A stretch of 64,000 nucleotides of DNA. It comes from an uncultured delta proteobacterium (GTDB lineage: Bacteria > Desulfobacterota > BSN033 > UBA1163). The translations under genes were made by a program, and so were the position numbers. This document shows, one piece after another, positions 36,947 through 46,949 of this stretch. The stretch lies in the NCBI GenBank assembly GCA_963708295.1, contig CAVPSJ010000004.1, positions 992,001-1,056,000 of the forward strand. The letters run 5' to 3'. Within the stretch, counting starts at the first letter, position 1. Every line of letters begins with the position of its first letter. Below the pieces are notes generated by a model that ran no database searches, was not told the origin of the DNA, and saw nothing but the letters and a program-made list of their open reading frames with translations.

Positions 36947-37222
36947 TCAGTTTTCCTCTCCATATATTTCCAGGTCATCAAATCTTGTTGGAAACTTCCC
37001 CCATTTCCTAAAATCAGATTCCGTGAGATTTTTGTACTTTTCTGTTTCGGTATGTCTCACATTCCAAGCGGTGTTTAGGTGATGATATGCATGTCTGAGG
37101 GAAAGCTCCAGCTCCACCTCGGCTGGTTTTTTAGTCGAGGCTATCTGCAATTCCAATTCTTCTAGCTCTTCTCGGGCCTCCTTGATGTTCGACAATATTA
37201 TTTTCCAATTTAGTTTCTTCAT
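36947..37222 (-). CDS. Hypothetical protein, probable single gene cassette
   Basis: 91-aa AT-rich ORF (HAYHHLNTAWN) between an attI-like junction and the attC-like site. Confidence 0.7.
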   Translation of the reverse strand: MKKLNWKIILSNIKEAREELEELELQIASTKKPAEVELELSLRHAYHHLNTAWNVRHTETEKYKNLTESDFRKWGKFPTRFDDLEIYGEEN

Positions 37223-37268
37223 GGTTTACCTATAATAATAATTAGATTGCAGGTTGTAATTTCCTAAA

Positions 37269-37297
37269 ATCCTATACATACTGGTTGGTTTTGTCAA
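37269..37297 (-). promoter_or_regulatory. Sigma70 promoter (Pc-like) upstream of the lone cassette
   Basis: TTGACA-17 bp-TAGGAT on the minus strand. Confidence 0.6.
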
Positions 37298-37340
37298 ACA
37301 AATTTCTCCAGAATTTACAATGATTCAACTGGCCACTCAA

Positions 37341-37491
37341 TTATTAGTCAATCCATATTCATGTAGACACTGAAGACCAAATCCCTCCTTCCCTCCCTTT
37401 GCGAAAGGGAGGAATTACCCCTCTTTGGCAAAGAGGGGCAAGGGGAGATTTTCTGAAGCGTATGTCTTCCTTATTATGGACTCCTTAGTAA
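37341..37491. repeat. ~150-bp MITE/REP-like element (copy of 14111..14259)
   Basis: Shared double-hairpin core; imperfect termini ttattagtcaatccata / tatggactccttagtaa. Confidence 0.75.
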
Positions 37492-37562
37492 GTGGCTCAG
37501 AGATTTGGAGGCGTTCTCTTAGAGGAATAACTATGTGGACGGAACTATGGTTTATGCCCGTC

Positions 37563-37982
37563 TTAAGGGTACTGTAAATCGAAGGCATTCCGAATTAGTT
37601 CAATTTCTTCCCTCGCAGGGGGAAGGAGGATGGCCACGACATCAAACCTTGCTTTTATATCTTCAAGTTTCTTCTCTTTGAGGAAATAGAGTGCCACTTT
37701 GGACAGTTGCCTCTGTTTAAATGGAGTGACCGCCAGTTGGGGAGGACCGAAGGCCATCGATGTCCTGGTTTTCACCTCGACGAAGACCAGGGTATCCTTC
37801 TCTTTGGCAATGATGTCCATCTCGCCCATCTTGCAGACATAATTCTGTTCAAGAATGCGATAGCCCTTCTTCTTCAAGAATCGAAGGGCCTTCTCCTCGC
37901 CCGTTTTGCCAAGTTCCTTCTTTTCTCTCCGTGGCTCGTGCCCGTGATCCGTGTCCGTAGCTAATCCTTTCTTATCTTTCAA
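37563..37982 (-). CDS. yraN: YraN/UPF0102 family protein (start uncertain)
   Basis: LGKTGEEKA..FL, GEMDIIA, LVFVEVKTR, RFDVVAI. Confidence 0.88.
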   Translation of the reverse strand: MKDKKGLATDTDHGHEPRREKKELGKTGEEKALRFLKKKGYRILEQNYVCKMGEMDIIAKEKDTLVFVEVKTRTSMAFGPPQLAVTPFKQRQLSKVALYFLKEKKLEDIKARFDVVAILLPPAREEIELIRNAFDLQYP

Positions 37983-38018
37983 CTGCCCACTGCTTACTGC
38001 CTACTGGTAGCTGATTGA

Positions 38019-38648
38019 TTATAAGTACTCCTTCACTCCTCGAAAGGTCTTGCGGTGGAGCTCGCAGACGCCGAATCTTTCAATCGCCCGTTGATGTTCC
38101 CTGGTGCCGTAACCCTTGTGCCTGGCAAAATTATACTGAGGGTACTTCAGATGACATTCCGACATCATTTGGTCCCGGGTGACTTTGGCTATGATGGAAG
38201 CGGCCGCAATGGAGTTGCAGAGCCGATCGCCTTTTCGGATGGGTTTCTGAGGAATGGGGAGTTCAAGACCACCCTGGGAGCCGTCGATCAGGATAAAATC
38301 GGGAGGGGAGGGGAGGTTTTCGATGGCCAGGGCCATGGCTTTTAACGTGGCCTGGAGAATATTGATGCGATCGATCTCCTCCTGGCCGATCACGCCGATG
38401 CCTACTCCTTCGGCCTCTTCAAAGATCGTTTTGTAAAGCTGCTCCCGTTTTTTTGATGGAATTTGTTTTGAGTCAAAAAGCTTCTCTGTGATGCCTTCCT
38501 GAGGCAGGATCACTGCTGCAGCGACAACCGGTCCGGCGAGGGGCCCCCTCCCAACCTCGTCCACACCGGCGATCCGATGATAACCCCGACGAGAATACAT
38601 CTTCTCGAAATAGTCCATGGGCTGGGGTGGTAGATCTGGGAAGAGCAT
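38019..38648 (-). CDS. rnhB: Ribonuclease HII (start uncertain)
   Basis: AGVDEVGRGPLAGPVV, DSK, LIDG, IAAASIIAKVTRD, HKGYGT. Confidence 0.93.
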   Translation of the reverse strand: MLFPDLPPQPMDYFEKMYSRRGYHRIAGVDEVGRGPLAGPVVAAAVILPQEGITEKLFDSKQIPSKKREQLYKTIFEEAEGVGIGVIGQEEIDRINILQATLKAMALAIENLPSPPDFILIDGSQGGLELPIPQKPIRKGDRLCNSIAAASIIAKVTRDQMMSECHLKYPQYNFARHKGYGTREHQRAIERFGVCELHRKTFRGVKEYL

Positions 38649-38741
38649 AACAAACAAAGTAGGCAGTGAGCAGTAAGCAGAACAAAATTACGGATTGGAT
38701 CTCCTGCTGCCTACTACATTCTGCCTTCCGCATTCTGATTG

Positions 38742-39095
38742 TTAAGCGACTTTTTTCTTTTCTCCTCGAATACGAGCTGCTTTTCCCTTCAGGCCCCGAA
38801 GGTAGAAAAGCTTAGCCCTTCTTACCTTGCCCCGGTTGATCACGTCGATACGATCGACCCGGGGGGAGTGGGCGGGGAAAATCCTCTCAACGCCGACCCC
38901 GTAAGAGATTTTCCTCACGGTGAACGAAGATCGAATGCCTCCCTTCTTCTTGCGAATGACCACTCCTTCGAAGGGCTGTATTCTTTCCTTCTCTCCCTCA
39001 ACGATCTTTACATGGACCCTTATGGTATCACCCACCCTGAAGTCCGGGAGATCTGTCCTTAACTGTTCTCTTTCAACTGCTTCCATCAGGTTCAT
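38742..39095 (-). CDS. rplS: 50S ribosomal protein L19
   Basis: [38 protein letters not shown]. Confidence 0.96.
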   Translation of the reverse strand: MNLMEAVEREQLRTDLPDFRVGDTIRVHVKIVEGEKERIQPFEGVVIRKKKGGIRSSFTVRKISYGVGVERIFPAHSPRVDRIDVINRGKVRRAKLFYLRGLKGKAARIRGEKKKVA

Positions 39096-39206
39096 CTTCT
39101 TCTCCTCCTACGCTTGATCAAACCCGCAGAGAGCAAAGCGCATAGCGCAAAGCGAAAAAAATAAGAAATTGAAACTCTATGCTCTATGTCCCATGGGCCG
39201 TACTTT

Positions 39207-39773
39207 TTAGATTGTTCTGTCCCCTAACAACCGGTCCAAAATGATGGCCACTGCCGAGCGCACTGAAAGGTGATTATACCCTTTTCCTTCTATCGGCGCC
39301 AGAACATAATCGGAATCGTCCCTGACCTGCTGCGTTAAACCCCATCCTGTCCCAAACAGAATGAAATAGGGCGTGGTTTCATCTTTCAATAACTTTCTGA
39401 AAAAATCGAAATCAATGCCTTTGGGATGAGGCGAGGCCCCTGTGGCCACTCTTTTCACTCTTTTCTGCCAGAGATCGGAGATCGTTCGATCGGCTTCGTC
39501 AATGGTCCGTGAGACGTGGACGAGAGACAGAGACTCCTTTCGGGTCGGATTGTAAACCGACCCAAAGCCTTCTACCCAGTGTCGAATGATCCTTTCCGCT
39601 AACTGAACCTGGCTTTCTAGAGGGGTGATGATGAAAAACCCTCCTATTCCGAACGTCTTGGCACAACGGGCAATATCATGAATATCAAAGTTGGTGACGG
39701 CGGTGGCTACGATTTCCTTTCTTTTGTCATAAACCGGATGGTGGACCAGTCCGATATAAAGATTAGAACTCAT
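39207..39773 (-). CDS. SPOUT-family RNA methyltransferase (trmD-associated)
   Basis: LVHHPV, TAVTNFDIHDIAR, LFGTGWGL, YNHLSVRSAVAIILDRL. Confidence 0.85.
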   Translation of the reverse strand: MSSNLYIGLVHHPVYDKRKEIVATAVTNFDIHDIARCAKTFGIGGFFIITPLESQVQLAERIIRHWVEGFGSVYNPTRKESLSLVHVSRTIDEADRTISDLWQKRVKRVATGASPHPKGIDFDFFRKLLKDETTPYFILFGTGWGLTQQVRDDSDYVLAPIEGKGYNHLSVRSAVAIILDRLLGDRTI

Positions 39774-40557
39774 TCTTATCCTTCATCCGCATCGCGCAAT
39801 CCGCACTCGGCATTCCGCCATGATCTTGTGAATGAAGAGCTTCCTCCAGGAGCCCTTTCTCCTCGTCGGTGAGACTGGCCTTCGCTAAAAGATCCGGCCG
39901 TCTCGACGAGGTTCGCTTGATGGCCTCCTGTCTCCTCCAGAGAGAAATCGCTGAGTGATTTCCCGAAAGCAGCACTTCCGGAACGCGACGTCCTCTGAAA
40001 TCTACAGGGCGCGTGTACTGAGGATATTCCAGAAGGGAGTTGAAAAAGGAATCATCTTCTGCCGAGCGGTCGGACCCCAAAACTCCGGGGATAAATCTTG
40101 AGACTGCGTCGATCAGAACCATCGCTGCCAGTTCCCCTCCTGTCAGGACATAGTCCCCGATCGAGATCTCCTCGTCGATGAACTCTTTCGCCCTTTCGTC
40201 CACCCCTTCGTATCGGCCACAAAGAAGGACAAGATGGGGCCGGGTGGAAAGCCTCCTGGCCAGATCCTGATCGAGAGGTTTTCCCTGGGGAGTCAAATAA
40301 ATGGTCCAGGCGGATCGATCTTGTGACTTGACGGACTCGATAGCCCGGGCGATGGGCTCCACTTTCATCACCATGCCCTGGCCTCCTCCATAAGGGGCAT
40401 CATCTACCACCTGATGTTTATCCAGCGCGAAGTTACGGATATTAACGGTTTGAATCTGGATAAGTCCTTTTTCGACGGCCTTTCCCAGGATGCTTTCCTG
40501 AAGCGGGGAAGAAAACATGTTGGGAAAGAGGGTAAGCACGTTAAATTTCATCCTCAT
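39763..40557 (-). CDS. trmD: tRNA (guanine37-N1)-methyltransferase
   Basis: TLFP, DDAPYGGGQGM, CGRYEGVDER, SIGDYVLTGGE, LEYPQYTRP. Confidence 0.95.
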   Translation of the reverse strand: MRMKFNVLTLFPNMFSSPLQESILGKAVEKGLIQIQTVNIRNFALDKHQVVDDAPYGGGQGMVMKVEPIARAIESVKSQDRSAWTIYLTPQGKPLDQDLARRLSTRPHLVLLCGRYEGVDERAKEFIDEEISIGDYVLTGGELAAMVLIDAVSRFIPGVLGSDRSAEDDSFFNSLLEYPQYTRPVDFRGRRVPEVLLSGNHSAISLWRRQEAIKRTSSRRPDLLAKASLTDEEKGLLEEALHSQDHGGMPSADCAMRMKDKNEF

Positions 40558-41068
40558 TCTCCCACAGGCCCTCCATTCGGACGACCTTCATCACCCTTTC
40601 CTTGAGATTAATGCTCTGGATGACCCCTTCTATCGCCGGGAGAAAGATTTCTCCCCTTTTCCCTTCGACCACATAGACGTCATTGGCTCCCGTAGGAATG
40701 ATTTCCTTCACCTTTCCGATCCTTTTACCTTCCTGCGTCTCAACCTCCATTCCCAGGAGGTCGGCCCAATAATACTCTCCTTCTTCTAATTCAGGGAGGG
40801 CTTCCTTCTTGACGAAAATCTCTTTTCCGATGAGGGGCTCTGTCTCTTCAATCTTCTCGATGCCCCTCAATCGAAGGATGAGGCGACGTGGCTGGGTAAC
40901 GACTTCTAAAATTTCATAGGGTTCCAGCCCCCTCGTTTCGTTCTGGATAAAGATCTCCCGATAAGAAAAAAAACGGCGGAGGTCGTCTCCAAAGTACTCC
41001 ACCTTCATCTTCCCCTTGACCCCGTGGGGTTTGACTACCCTGCCAATGGGGAAAAGATTTTTCTCCAT
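40541..41068 (-). CDS. rimM: Ribosome maturation factor RimM
   Basis: IGRVVKPHGVKG, LEEGEYYWADLLG, TGANDVYVV. Confidence 0.93.
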   Translation of the reverse strand: MEKNLFPIGRVVKPHGVKGKMKVEYFGDDLRRFFSYREIFIQNETRGLEPYEILEVVTQPRRLILRLRGIEKIEETEPLIGKEIFVKKEALPELEEGEYYWADLLGMEVETQEGKRIGKVKEIIPTGANDVYVVEGKRGEIFLPAIEGVIQSINLKERVMKVVRMEGLWENEDEI

Positions 41069-41194
41069 AGACCTTTATTGAGATTTCCGAAAAAGTCCGG
41101 AAATCTCTGATCCCATTGAGTAGAAACCGATGACACGGGGATGAAATTTATTGAGACTTCGGGAAAATCCGTGTCATCCGGAGGGCAGGCCTTC

Positions 41195-41431
41195 TTATTC
41201 GATGATCTCTAAAACGGAACGTTTCCCCACATTCGCTGAGACAGCGCCCAGGATGACCCGGATGGCCCGGGCCGTCCGGCCCTGTCTTCCGATCACCTTC
41301 CCCAAATCTTCCTTGGCCACCGAAAGTTCAATCACAGAAGTCTTTTCACCTTCAATCTCAGACACCTTGACTTGATCCGGATGATCGACCAATGCCTTGG
41401 CAATATACTCCACCAGCTCCTTTGCGCTCAT
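41195..41431 (-). CDS. khpA: KH-domain RNA-binding protein
   Basis: [31 protein letters not shown]; lies between rpsP and rimM. Confidence 0.9.
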   Translation of the reverse strand: MSAKELVEYIAKALVDHPDQVKVSEIEGEKTSVIELSVAKEDLGKVIGRQGRTARAIRVILGAVSANVGKRSVLEIIE

Positions 41432-41501
41432 GACCCCACCTCCACTTTTCGCATCAGTCCCGAAGAGATTCATGGTCAGCAAGGATTTTGGAAAAGGCGG
41501 C

Positions 41502-41771
41502 TTATTCGGTCTTCCCTTCAGCCGGCTTCTTTGAAATTCCAGATCGAATCAAAAGTTGACGAACGGTCGGGGTGGGCTGAGCTCCCTTTCTCAGCCACTC
41601 CCTCGCCTTTTCTTCCTTAAACCGAACCTCCACCGGATCCTTCTTGGGATCGTATGTTCCCACCTGCTCAATAAATTTACCACTCCTGGCAGCCCGGCGA
41701 TCCGAAACCACAATTCGGTAATAGGGGGTTTTCTTCCCTCCAAATCTCATCAATCTCATGGATGCAGCCAT
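41502..41771 (-). CDS. rpsP: 30S ribosomal protein S16
   Basis: [38 protein letters not shown]. Confidence 0.95.
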   Translation of the reverse strand: MAASMRLMRFGGKKTPYYRIVVSDRRAARSGKFIEQVGTYDPKKDPVEVRFKEEKAREWLRKGAQPTPTVRQLLIRSGISKKPAEGKTE

Positions 41772-41799
41772 ATCGTTTCTTACCACCTCCTTTGGTTGA

Positions 41800-41895
41800 A
41801 ATTGGAATATTGGAATGATGGATTAGAAATCATCTGCCAGTGACAGATCTTGAATGGACCCATTATTCCATTGTTCCATTATTCCACCGTTCCAG
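41800..41895. repeat. Inverted octamer tandem repeats (GGAATATT / ATTCCATT)
   Basis: ttggaatattggaatgatgga ... cccattattccattgttccattattccaccgttcc. Confidence 0.6.
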
Positions 41896-41907
41896 TAAAT
41901 GTGACGA

Positions 41908-43248
41908 TCACGAAAAGAACGGGGCCCGGCCTCTTCCGAACCCTTTCTCTCCCATTTTAGCAAACTGCTTCATCATCTTTCGAGCCTGGGCGTACTGTTT
42001 GAGAAGCCGGTTGATCTCCTGGACGCTCGTCCCACTTCCCCGGGCAATCCTCAATCTCCGACTCCCGTTGATGATCTGATAATTGGCCCGTTCTCTTGGG
42101 GTCATAGAATTGATGATGGCTTCCACCCTACCCAATTCCTTCTCGTCGAAATCGAGCCCCCCCATCCCCTTCATCTTTTTCGGAAGTCCCGGGATCATTC
42201 CCAGGATCGATTCCAAAGACCCCATCTTCCGAACCTGTTGGATCTGGTCCCGAAAATCTTCCAGGGTAAAGGAATCTTTTCGGATCTTTTTCTCCAGCTC
42301 CTTTGCCGTTTTCTCATCGAAGGCGGCCTCTGCCTTCTCAATCAGGGTAAGGACGTCTCCCATCCCCAGAATTCTCTGGGCCATTCGATCGGGATGAAAA
42401 GGTTCCAGAGCGTCCAGCTTTTCTCCCACTCCCATAAATTTGATGGGTTTTTGTGTGACGGATTTAATCGAAAGAGCAGCTCCCCCCCGTGCGTCTCCAT
42501 CCATTTTGGTCAGAACGACTCCGTCAATGCCCAGACGGTCATTAAAATTCTTTGCGATGTTAACCGCGTCCTGCCCGGTCATCGCGTCGGCGACCAGGAG
42601 TACCTCTCTCGGCTTAATCTGAGCCTTGATCTCCCGCAGTTCGAGCATGAGGGCCTCATCGATATGCAGCCTCCCGGCGGTATCGATGAGCATCAAATCG
42701 TAACCTCCCTTCAGGGCAACGTCCCGCGCCTTCAAACAGATGTCGATCGGCGTTTGAGACGCTTCGGGACGATAGAAATCAACCTTTAACTCTTCTCCTA
42801 ATTTCTGCAACTGGTCGATCGCTGCGGGCCGGTAAACGTCAGCGGGAACGAGATAAGGTCTTTTTTTCTTTTCCTGAAAGTATCGGGCCAGTTTACCGGC
42901 GGTGGTCGTCTTTCCACAGCCGTGGAGGCCGACCAGCATAATTGGAACAGGAGGGCTTCCTGAAAGCTGAATTTTCTGCTCTTCGGCGCCCATCAAGGAG
43001 GTCAACTCTTCTCTTACAATCTTGATCAATTGCTGAGCGGGCGTCAGACTTCCCATCACTTCCTGGCCGACCGCTCTTCCCTGGACCTGCTGAATAAAAT
43101 CCTTGACGACCTTGAAATTGACATCCGCCTCCAGGAGGGCAATCCTCACCTCCTTCAGGGCTTCCTGAATGTTCTCCTCCGTCAACTTTCCGTGGCCTCT
43201 CAGCTTTTTGAAAACCGAATCTAATCTTGCCGAAAGATTTTCAAACAT
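41908..43248 (-). CDS. ffh: Signal recognition particle protein
   Basis: ALLEADVN, GCGKTTT, DTAGR, TKMDGDARGG, RILGMGD, IARGSG. Confidence 0.96.
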   Translation of the reverse strand: MFENLSARLDSVFKKLRGHGKLTEENIQEALKEVRIALLEADVNFKVVKDFIQQVQGRAVGQEVMGSLTPAQQLIKIVREELTSLMGAEEQKIQLSGSPPVPIMLVGLHGCGKTTTAGKLARYFQEKKKRPYLVPADVYRPAAIDQLQKLGEELKVDFYRPEASQTPIDICLKARDVALKGGYDLMLIDTAGRLHIDEALMLELREIKAQIKPREVLLVADAMTGQDAVNIAKNFNDRLGIDGVVLTKMDGDARGGAALSIKSVTQKPIKFMGVGEKLDALEPFHPDRMAQRILGMGDVLTLIEKAEAAFDEKTAKELEKKIRKDSFTLEDFRDQIQQVRKMGSLESILGMIPGLPKKMKGMGGLDFDEKELGRVEAIINSMTPRERANYQIINGSRRLRIARGSGTSVQEINRLLKQYAQARKMMKQFAKMGEKGFGRGRAPFFS

Positions 43249-43330
43249 GCTTTAACTCCGAAAAGAATACAAATATCTTATTTTATTAATTTTTTTTCAA
43301 ATTGTCAAATTGCCTGATTCTCAAGCCGCC

Positions 43331-43450
43331 GTGAACCTCTGGGGATTTCTGATCTGTCACCCAACCTCCGCACCCGTAAGGGGCAGACTCCAACCAAAGT
43401 CGTGTAAGGTCGAATGGTTACGCTTCCGTTCTCACCCCGCAGAGACTGGA
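43331..43450 (+). mobile_element. Possible IS200-type left-end remnant without transposase
   Basis: gtgaacctctggggatt...caacctccgcacccgtaaggggcag...aaccaaagtcgtgtaag; resemblance to IS200-group leaders is from memory; hairpin-rich. Confidence 0.3.
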
Positions 43451-43466
43451 TCTGAAAATTTTCGGA

Positions 43467-43868
43467 TTACAGTCCCTTGATGAATTTCCATTCCCTGCCC
43501 TCTTTCTTCAAAAAGAGGACCTCCTTACCGGAATAATGATTCTTTTTCTCTCCTTTTTCTACCTCCAAGTAGAATTGCTGAATAACGGTTGAAGTATCTC
43601 CTTCAATTTGGACAGATCGGTCCCAGCTGGAGTAGGTAATCCGATCGAAGGTTTTGAAATAGCCTTCAATCCGCTCTTGAAGCCGGTAAACGTCTTCCTC
43701 CTTATCCTGATAGGCCTTGGAGATGCAAGAGAGGTAAAGAGAGAGGTCCTTTTTCTGAAGGGCCTCTTGCCTTCGATTCAAAATTTGATAGATTTTTTCT
43801 TCTTCAGAAATCTGGCAGGCGAGGAGGAAAAGAACGGGGAGGACAAGCGGGAGGAACCGTTTTATCAT
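43467..43868 (-). CDS. Lipoprotein with NTF2-like fold
   Basis: Lipobox LLAC; KDLSLYLSCISKAY; C-terminal LKKEGREWKFI. Confidence 0.7.
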   Translation of the reverse strand: MIKRFLPLVLPVLFLLACQISEEEKIYQILNRRQEALQKKDLSLYLSCISKAYQDKEEDVYRLQERIEGYFKTFDRITYSSWDRSVQIEGDTSTVIQQFYLEVEKGEKKNHYSGKEVLFLKKEGREWKFIKGL

Positions 43869-45574
43869 TTCAACTTTTGAATTTCTCCGGGCAGGACCTT
43901 CACCTTGCCCCGTCCGCTCGGCCCTCCTTTTACCTCGACGCGATTCTTATCGATATCGAAGATGATTTCATCTCCTAAAACGAGATTATCTCCCTCTGAA
44001 ACTTTCGGATCACCCGTCAAAACCATTTTTTGCTCAAGGTTGTAAAAAACCGCCTTCTGGCAATGAGCGACTCGGAGCCCCTGTTGGATTTTCACATTTC
44101 CCCCGGCAGTCACCCGCTCGACTCCCTTACCGTCTTCAATGGTTACGATTTCTAAAGAATCAGCATAGATGACGATGTCTTTTTGTCGAGCAATAACATT
44201 CCCTTTGAAAATGACCAAATTTTCCTTCCAGCGGGCTTCCACGTTGTCGGAGGTGACGTCGATGGGTTGGCTCTTATCGGCGGAGATCGCAAGATTAGAC
44301 GTGGTCGTCTCCGGAGCAGCCTTCTTCTGGACGCCTATTTTCTCTCCGGAAGGCGCCGAAGTGGCAGGGAGCGCCGCCACCCTTTTCTCCTCGTCAGGTT
44401 TCACTTCTATTCTGGACGCGGTGTCGGCAGAAAGGGAAGGAGGGGGAAGCTGCGCTCGATCTTCCTTCATCGGCTCCACCGGTGGCACGGGTTCTGATTT
44501 ATTCGCTTCCTCGACGGGAGGAACGGCCTGAGCTCGACCTTCCTGAATGGGTTCAATGGCCAGCGGTGAAGCTGATTTCTTCTTTTCTTCTTCTCTTGGA
44601 GGATTTGCCTGGATCGGATCGTCCGGAATGGCGGGGGAGATCGATCTTTCGCTCTCCTTCCTCAAGTCACTCTTTTTCTCCTCCTTTAGAGAAACAGGCT
44701 GTTTTCCTTCTTCATCGAATTTGATCCAGGAAATCTTCCCCGGATCGATCGCAGCGGCCTCGTCTTTTTTGCCGGCCCCTTCGGTTTTGCGGTGAGAGGC
44801 CTCGATTTTCGCCAGGTCTTTATCGAGCATCTCCCTGGCTTCTTTGGTGTAGGAGCTCTTGGGATATTCGGTGACCATTCTCGTGAAGGCGGCTTCGGCC
44901 TTTTTCCATTGATCGAGTTCAATATAACTCTTTCCTAAGAGGTAGAGGGTTTTATCCTCTTCAGGGGTTTTAGGGAATTTCTCCAACAATCTCTCAAAAC
45001 GGGGGACAGCCGCTTCAAACCTTCCTTGCTTATAATAGAAATTCCCGATGTAGAATTCATGGTCAGCCAACCGGTTTTTGCAAACGCCAATTTTTTCCCT
45101 TGCCTTCTCGGTAAAGAGGCTGGGAGGATAGCCGGCGATGAGATATTCAAAACTGGAAAGGGCTTTTTTCGTGGGTGTCTGATCCCGATCCAGGGTGAGC
45201 ATCTGATTGAAATGAGACATCCCGATTTGAAACTGAACATAAGGGATCTCTTCATGGCTGGGATGGGTCTTCTTGAACTCTTCATAGGCCGCAATCGCTT
45301 CTACAAATTCCTTTTTCAAGAAATGGCAATCGCCGACCTTCAACTCGGCCAAAACGGTATAAGGAGGGCTATCCGGAAAGCTCGACTTCAACTCTTCGAA
45401 TTTCTTCTGGGCATCGATATAATCTCTTTTATTGAATCGAGCCAATCCTTCTCGATAGAGGGTTTCGGGGTTTCCCTCAATCTTGAGATCTTTCCCTTTT
45501 CCACCGCATCCAAAAAGCAGGGAGACCGTGATGGGCAGCCAGACCAGCCGCTTCAAAAAAGTGCTCTTTTTCAT
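43865..45574 (-). CDS. bamD: BamD (TPR lipoprotein) fused via a low-complexity linker to an LptA/OstA-like domain
   Basis: Lipobox LFGC; LDRDQTPTKKA, RLADHEFYIGNFY (BamD); C-terminal QPIDVTSD..VIFKGNVIARQ..AGGNVKIQQG..LTGDPKV..GDEIIFD..GKVK (LptA). Confidence 0.82.
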   Translation of the reverse strand: MKKSTFLKRLVWLPITVSLLFGCGGKGKDLKIEGNPETLYREGLARFNKRDYIDAQKKFEELKSSFPDSPPYTVLAELKVGDCHFLKKEFVEAIAAYEEFKKTHPSHEEIPYVQFQIGMSHFNQMLTLDRDQTPTKKALSSFEYLIAGYPPSLFTEKAREKIGVCKNRLADHEFYIGNFYYKQGRFEAAVPRFERLLEKFPKTPEEDKTLYLLGKSYIELDQWKKAEAAFTRMVTEYPKSSYTKEAREMLDKDLAKIEASHRKTEGAGKKDEAAAIDPGKISWIKFDEEGKQPVSLKEEKKSDLRKESERSISPAIPDDPIQANPPREEEKKKSASPLAIEPIQEGRAQAVPPVEEANKSEPVPPVEPMKEDRAQLPPPSLSADTASRIEVKPDEEKRVAALPATSAPSGEKIGVQKKAAPETTTSNLAISADKSQPIDVTSDNVEARWKENLVIFKGNVIARQKDIVIYADSLEIVTIEDGKGVERVTAGGNVKIQQGLRVAHCQKAVFYNLEQKMVLTGDPKVSEGDNLVLGDEIIFDIDKNRVEVKGGPSGRGKVKVLPGEIQKLK

Positions 45575-45782
45575 ATAAAAAGTTTCCAAAAGTTCCATAA
45601 TTATGATAGGAAGGGCTTAGGATGTCAACACAAAAATCCCTTTTGAGAGCGGGGGGAACTGGCCAAAAGGGCTTCTGGATAAAGCATCTTTTGCCTTGAA
45701 TTTAGAGCAGAAAATCTTTAAGATAACATTAAAAACCTTATCTTCATGCTCAAGGAAAATCCGAGGAAAGCGAGAAAACCCG

Positions 45783-46949
45783 ATGAAGATTGAGACAGCC
45801 AAAAGAATTGATCAAATCCCCCCTTATCTTTTTGCAGAGATTGATAAGAAGAAAGAGGAGATGCGGAAGAAGGGGACAGACATCATTGACCTGGGGATTG
45901 GGGACCCGGACCTCCCCACTCCCAAACCGATTATTGAACGGTTAAAAAAGTCGTCGGAAGATCCTAAAAACCATCGGTATCCATCCTATGAAGGAATGAT
46001 CGAGTTCAGAACAGCGGTGGCCCAATGGCTCAATAAAAGGTTTGGTGTCAAATGCAGCCCTCAGTCGGAGGTCCTTGCCCTGATCGGTTCGAAGGAAGGC
46101 ATCGCTCATATTCCTCTTGCCTTCGTTAACCCGGGAGATTACGTATTGGTCCCAAGTCCGGGATACCCTGTTTACCGTGTTTCGACACTTTTTGCGGGAG
46201 GAACCCCCTATTTTTTGCCTCTTCGTAAAGAGAATGGCTTTTTGCCCCGACTTTCAGAAATTCCCGAATCGATCGCCCAAAGAGCGAAACTGCTTTTCAT
46301 CAACTACCCCAATAACCCCACCTCCGCCATCGCTGAGAAACCCTTCTTCGAAGAGGTGGTCGCCTTTGCCCGGCGCTACCAGATCATTGTGTGCCATGAC
46401 GCGGCCTATTCCGAGGTGGCTTTTAGCGGCTATCGTCCCCTCAGTTTCTTTGAGGTCGAGGGAGCGAAAGAAGTCGGGATCGAATTCCACAGCCTCTCAA
46501 AGACTTTCAATATGACGGGGTGGAGAATCGGATTTGCGGTGGGATGCTCTGAAATCATCTCTGTTCTGGGAAGGGTGAAGACCAATATCGACTCCGGCGT
46601 TTTCCAGGCCATCCAGGAAGCCGGGATCGCCGCTTTGAATCACTTTGATACCCCGCTCCCTGAAATTATTAGAATCTATGAGGGACGACGGGATGTGATG
46701 GTGAAGGGGCTACGGGGGATCGGGTTGGAAGTGGATCAACCCAAGGCAACCTTCTATCTCTGGATTCGGATTCCGAAAGGATATACCTCTGCCCAATTCG
46801 CCTCGCTCTTGCTTGAGCGTGGAGGGATCGTGGCCACTCCTGGAAATGGTTTTGGAGAGGAGGGAGAAGGCTACATCCGGATGGCTCTTACCGTCGATGA
46901 GAAAAGGCTGGAAGAAGCGATCGAAAGACTCAAGAAGATCAAGTTCTGA
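45783..46949 (+). CDS. dapL: LL-diaminopimelate aminotransferase (class I PLP enzyme)
   Basis: IPPYLFAEID, LIGSKEG, NYPNNPT, HDAAY, SLSKTFNMTGWRIG. Confidence 0.85.
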   Translation: MKIETAKRIDQIPPYLFAEIDKKKEEMRKKGTDIIDLGIGDPDLPTPKPIIERLKKSSEDPKNHRYPSYEGMIEFRTAVAQWLNKRFGVKCSPQSEVLALIGSKEGIAHIPLAFVNPGDYVLVPSPGYPVYRVSTLFAGGTPYFLPLRKENGFLPRLSEIPESIAQRAKLLFINYPNNPTSAIAEKPFFEEVVAFARRYQIIVCHDAAYSEVAFSGYRPLSFFEVEGAKEVGIEFHSLSKTFNMTGWRIGFAVGCSEIISVLGRVKTNIDSGVFQAIQEAGIAALNHFDTPLPEIIRIYEGRRDVMVKGLRGIGLEVDQPKATFYLWIRIPKGYTSAQFASLLLERGGIVATPGNGFGEEGEGYIRMALTVDEKRLEEAIERLKKIKF

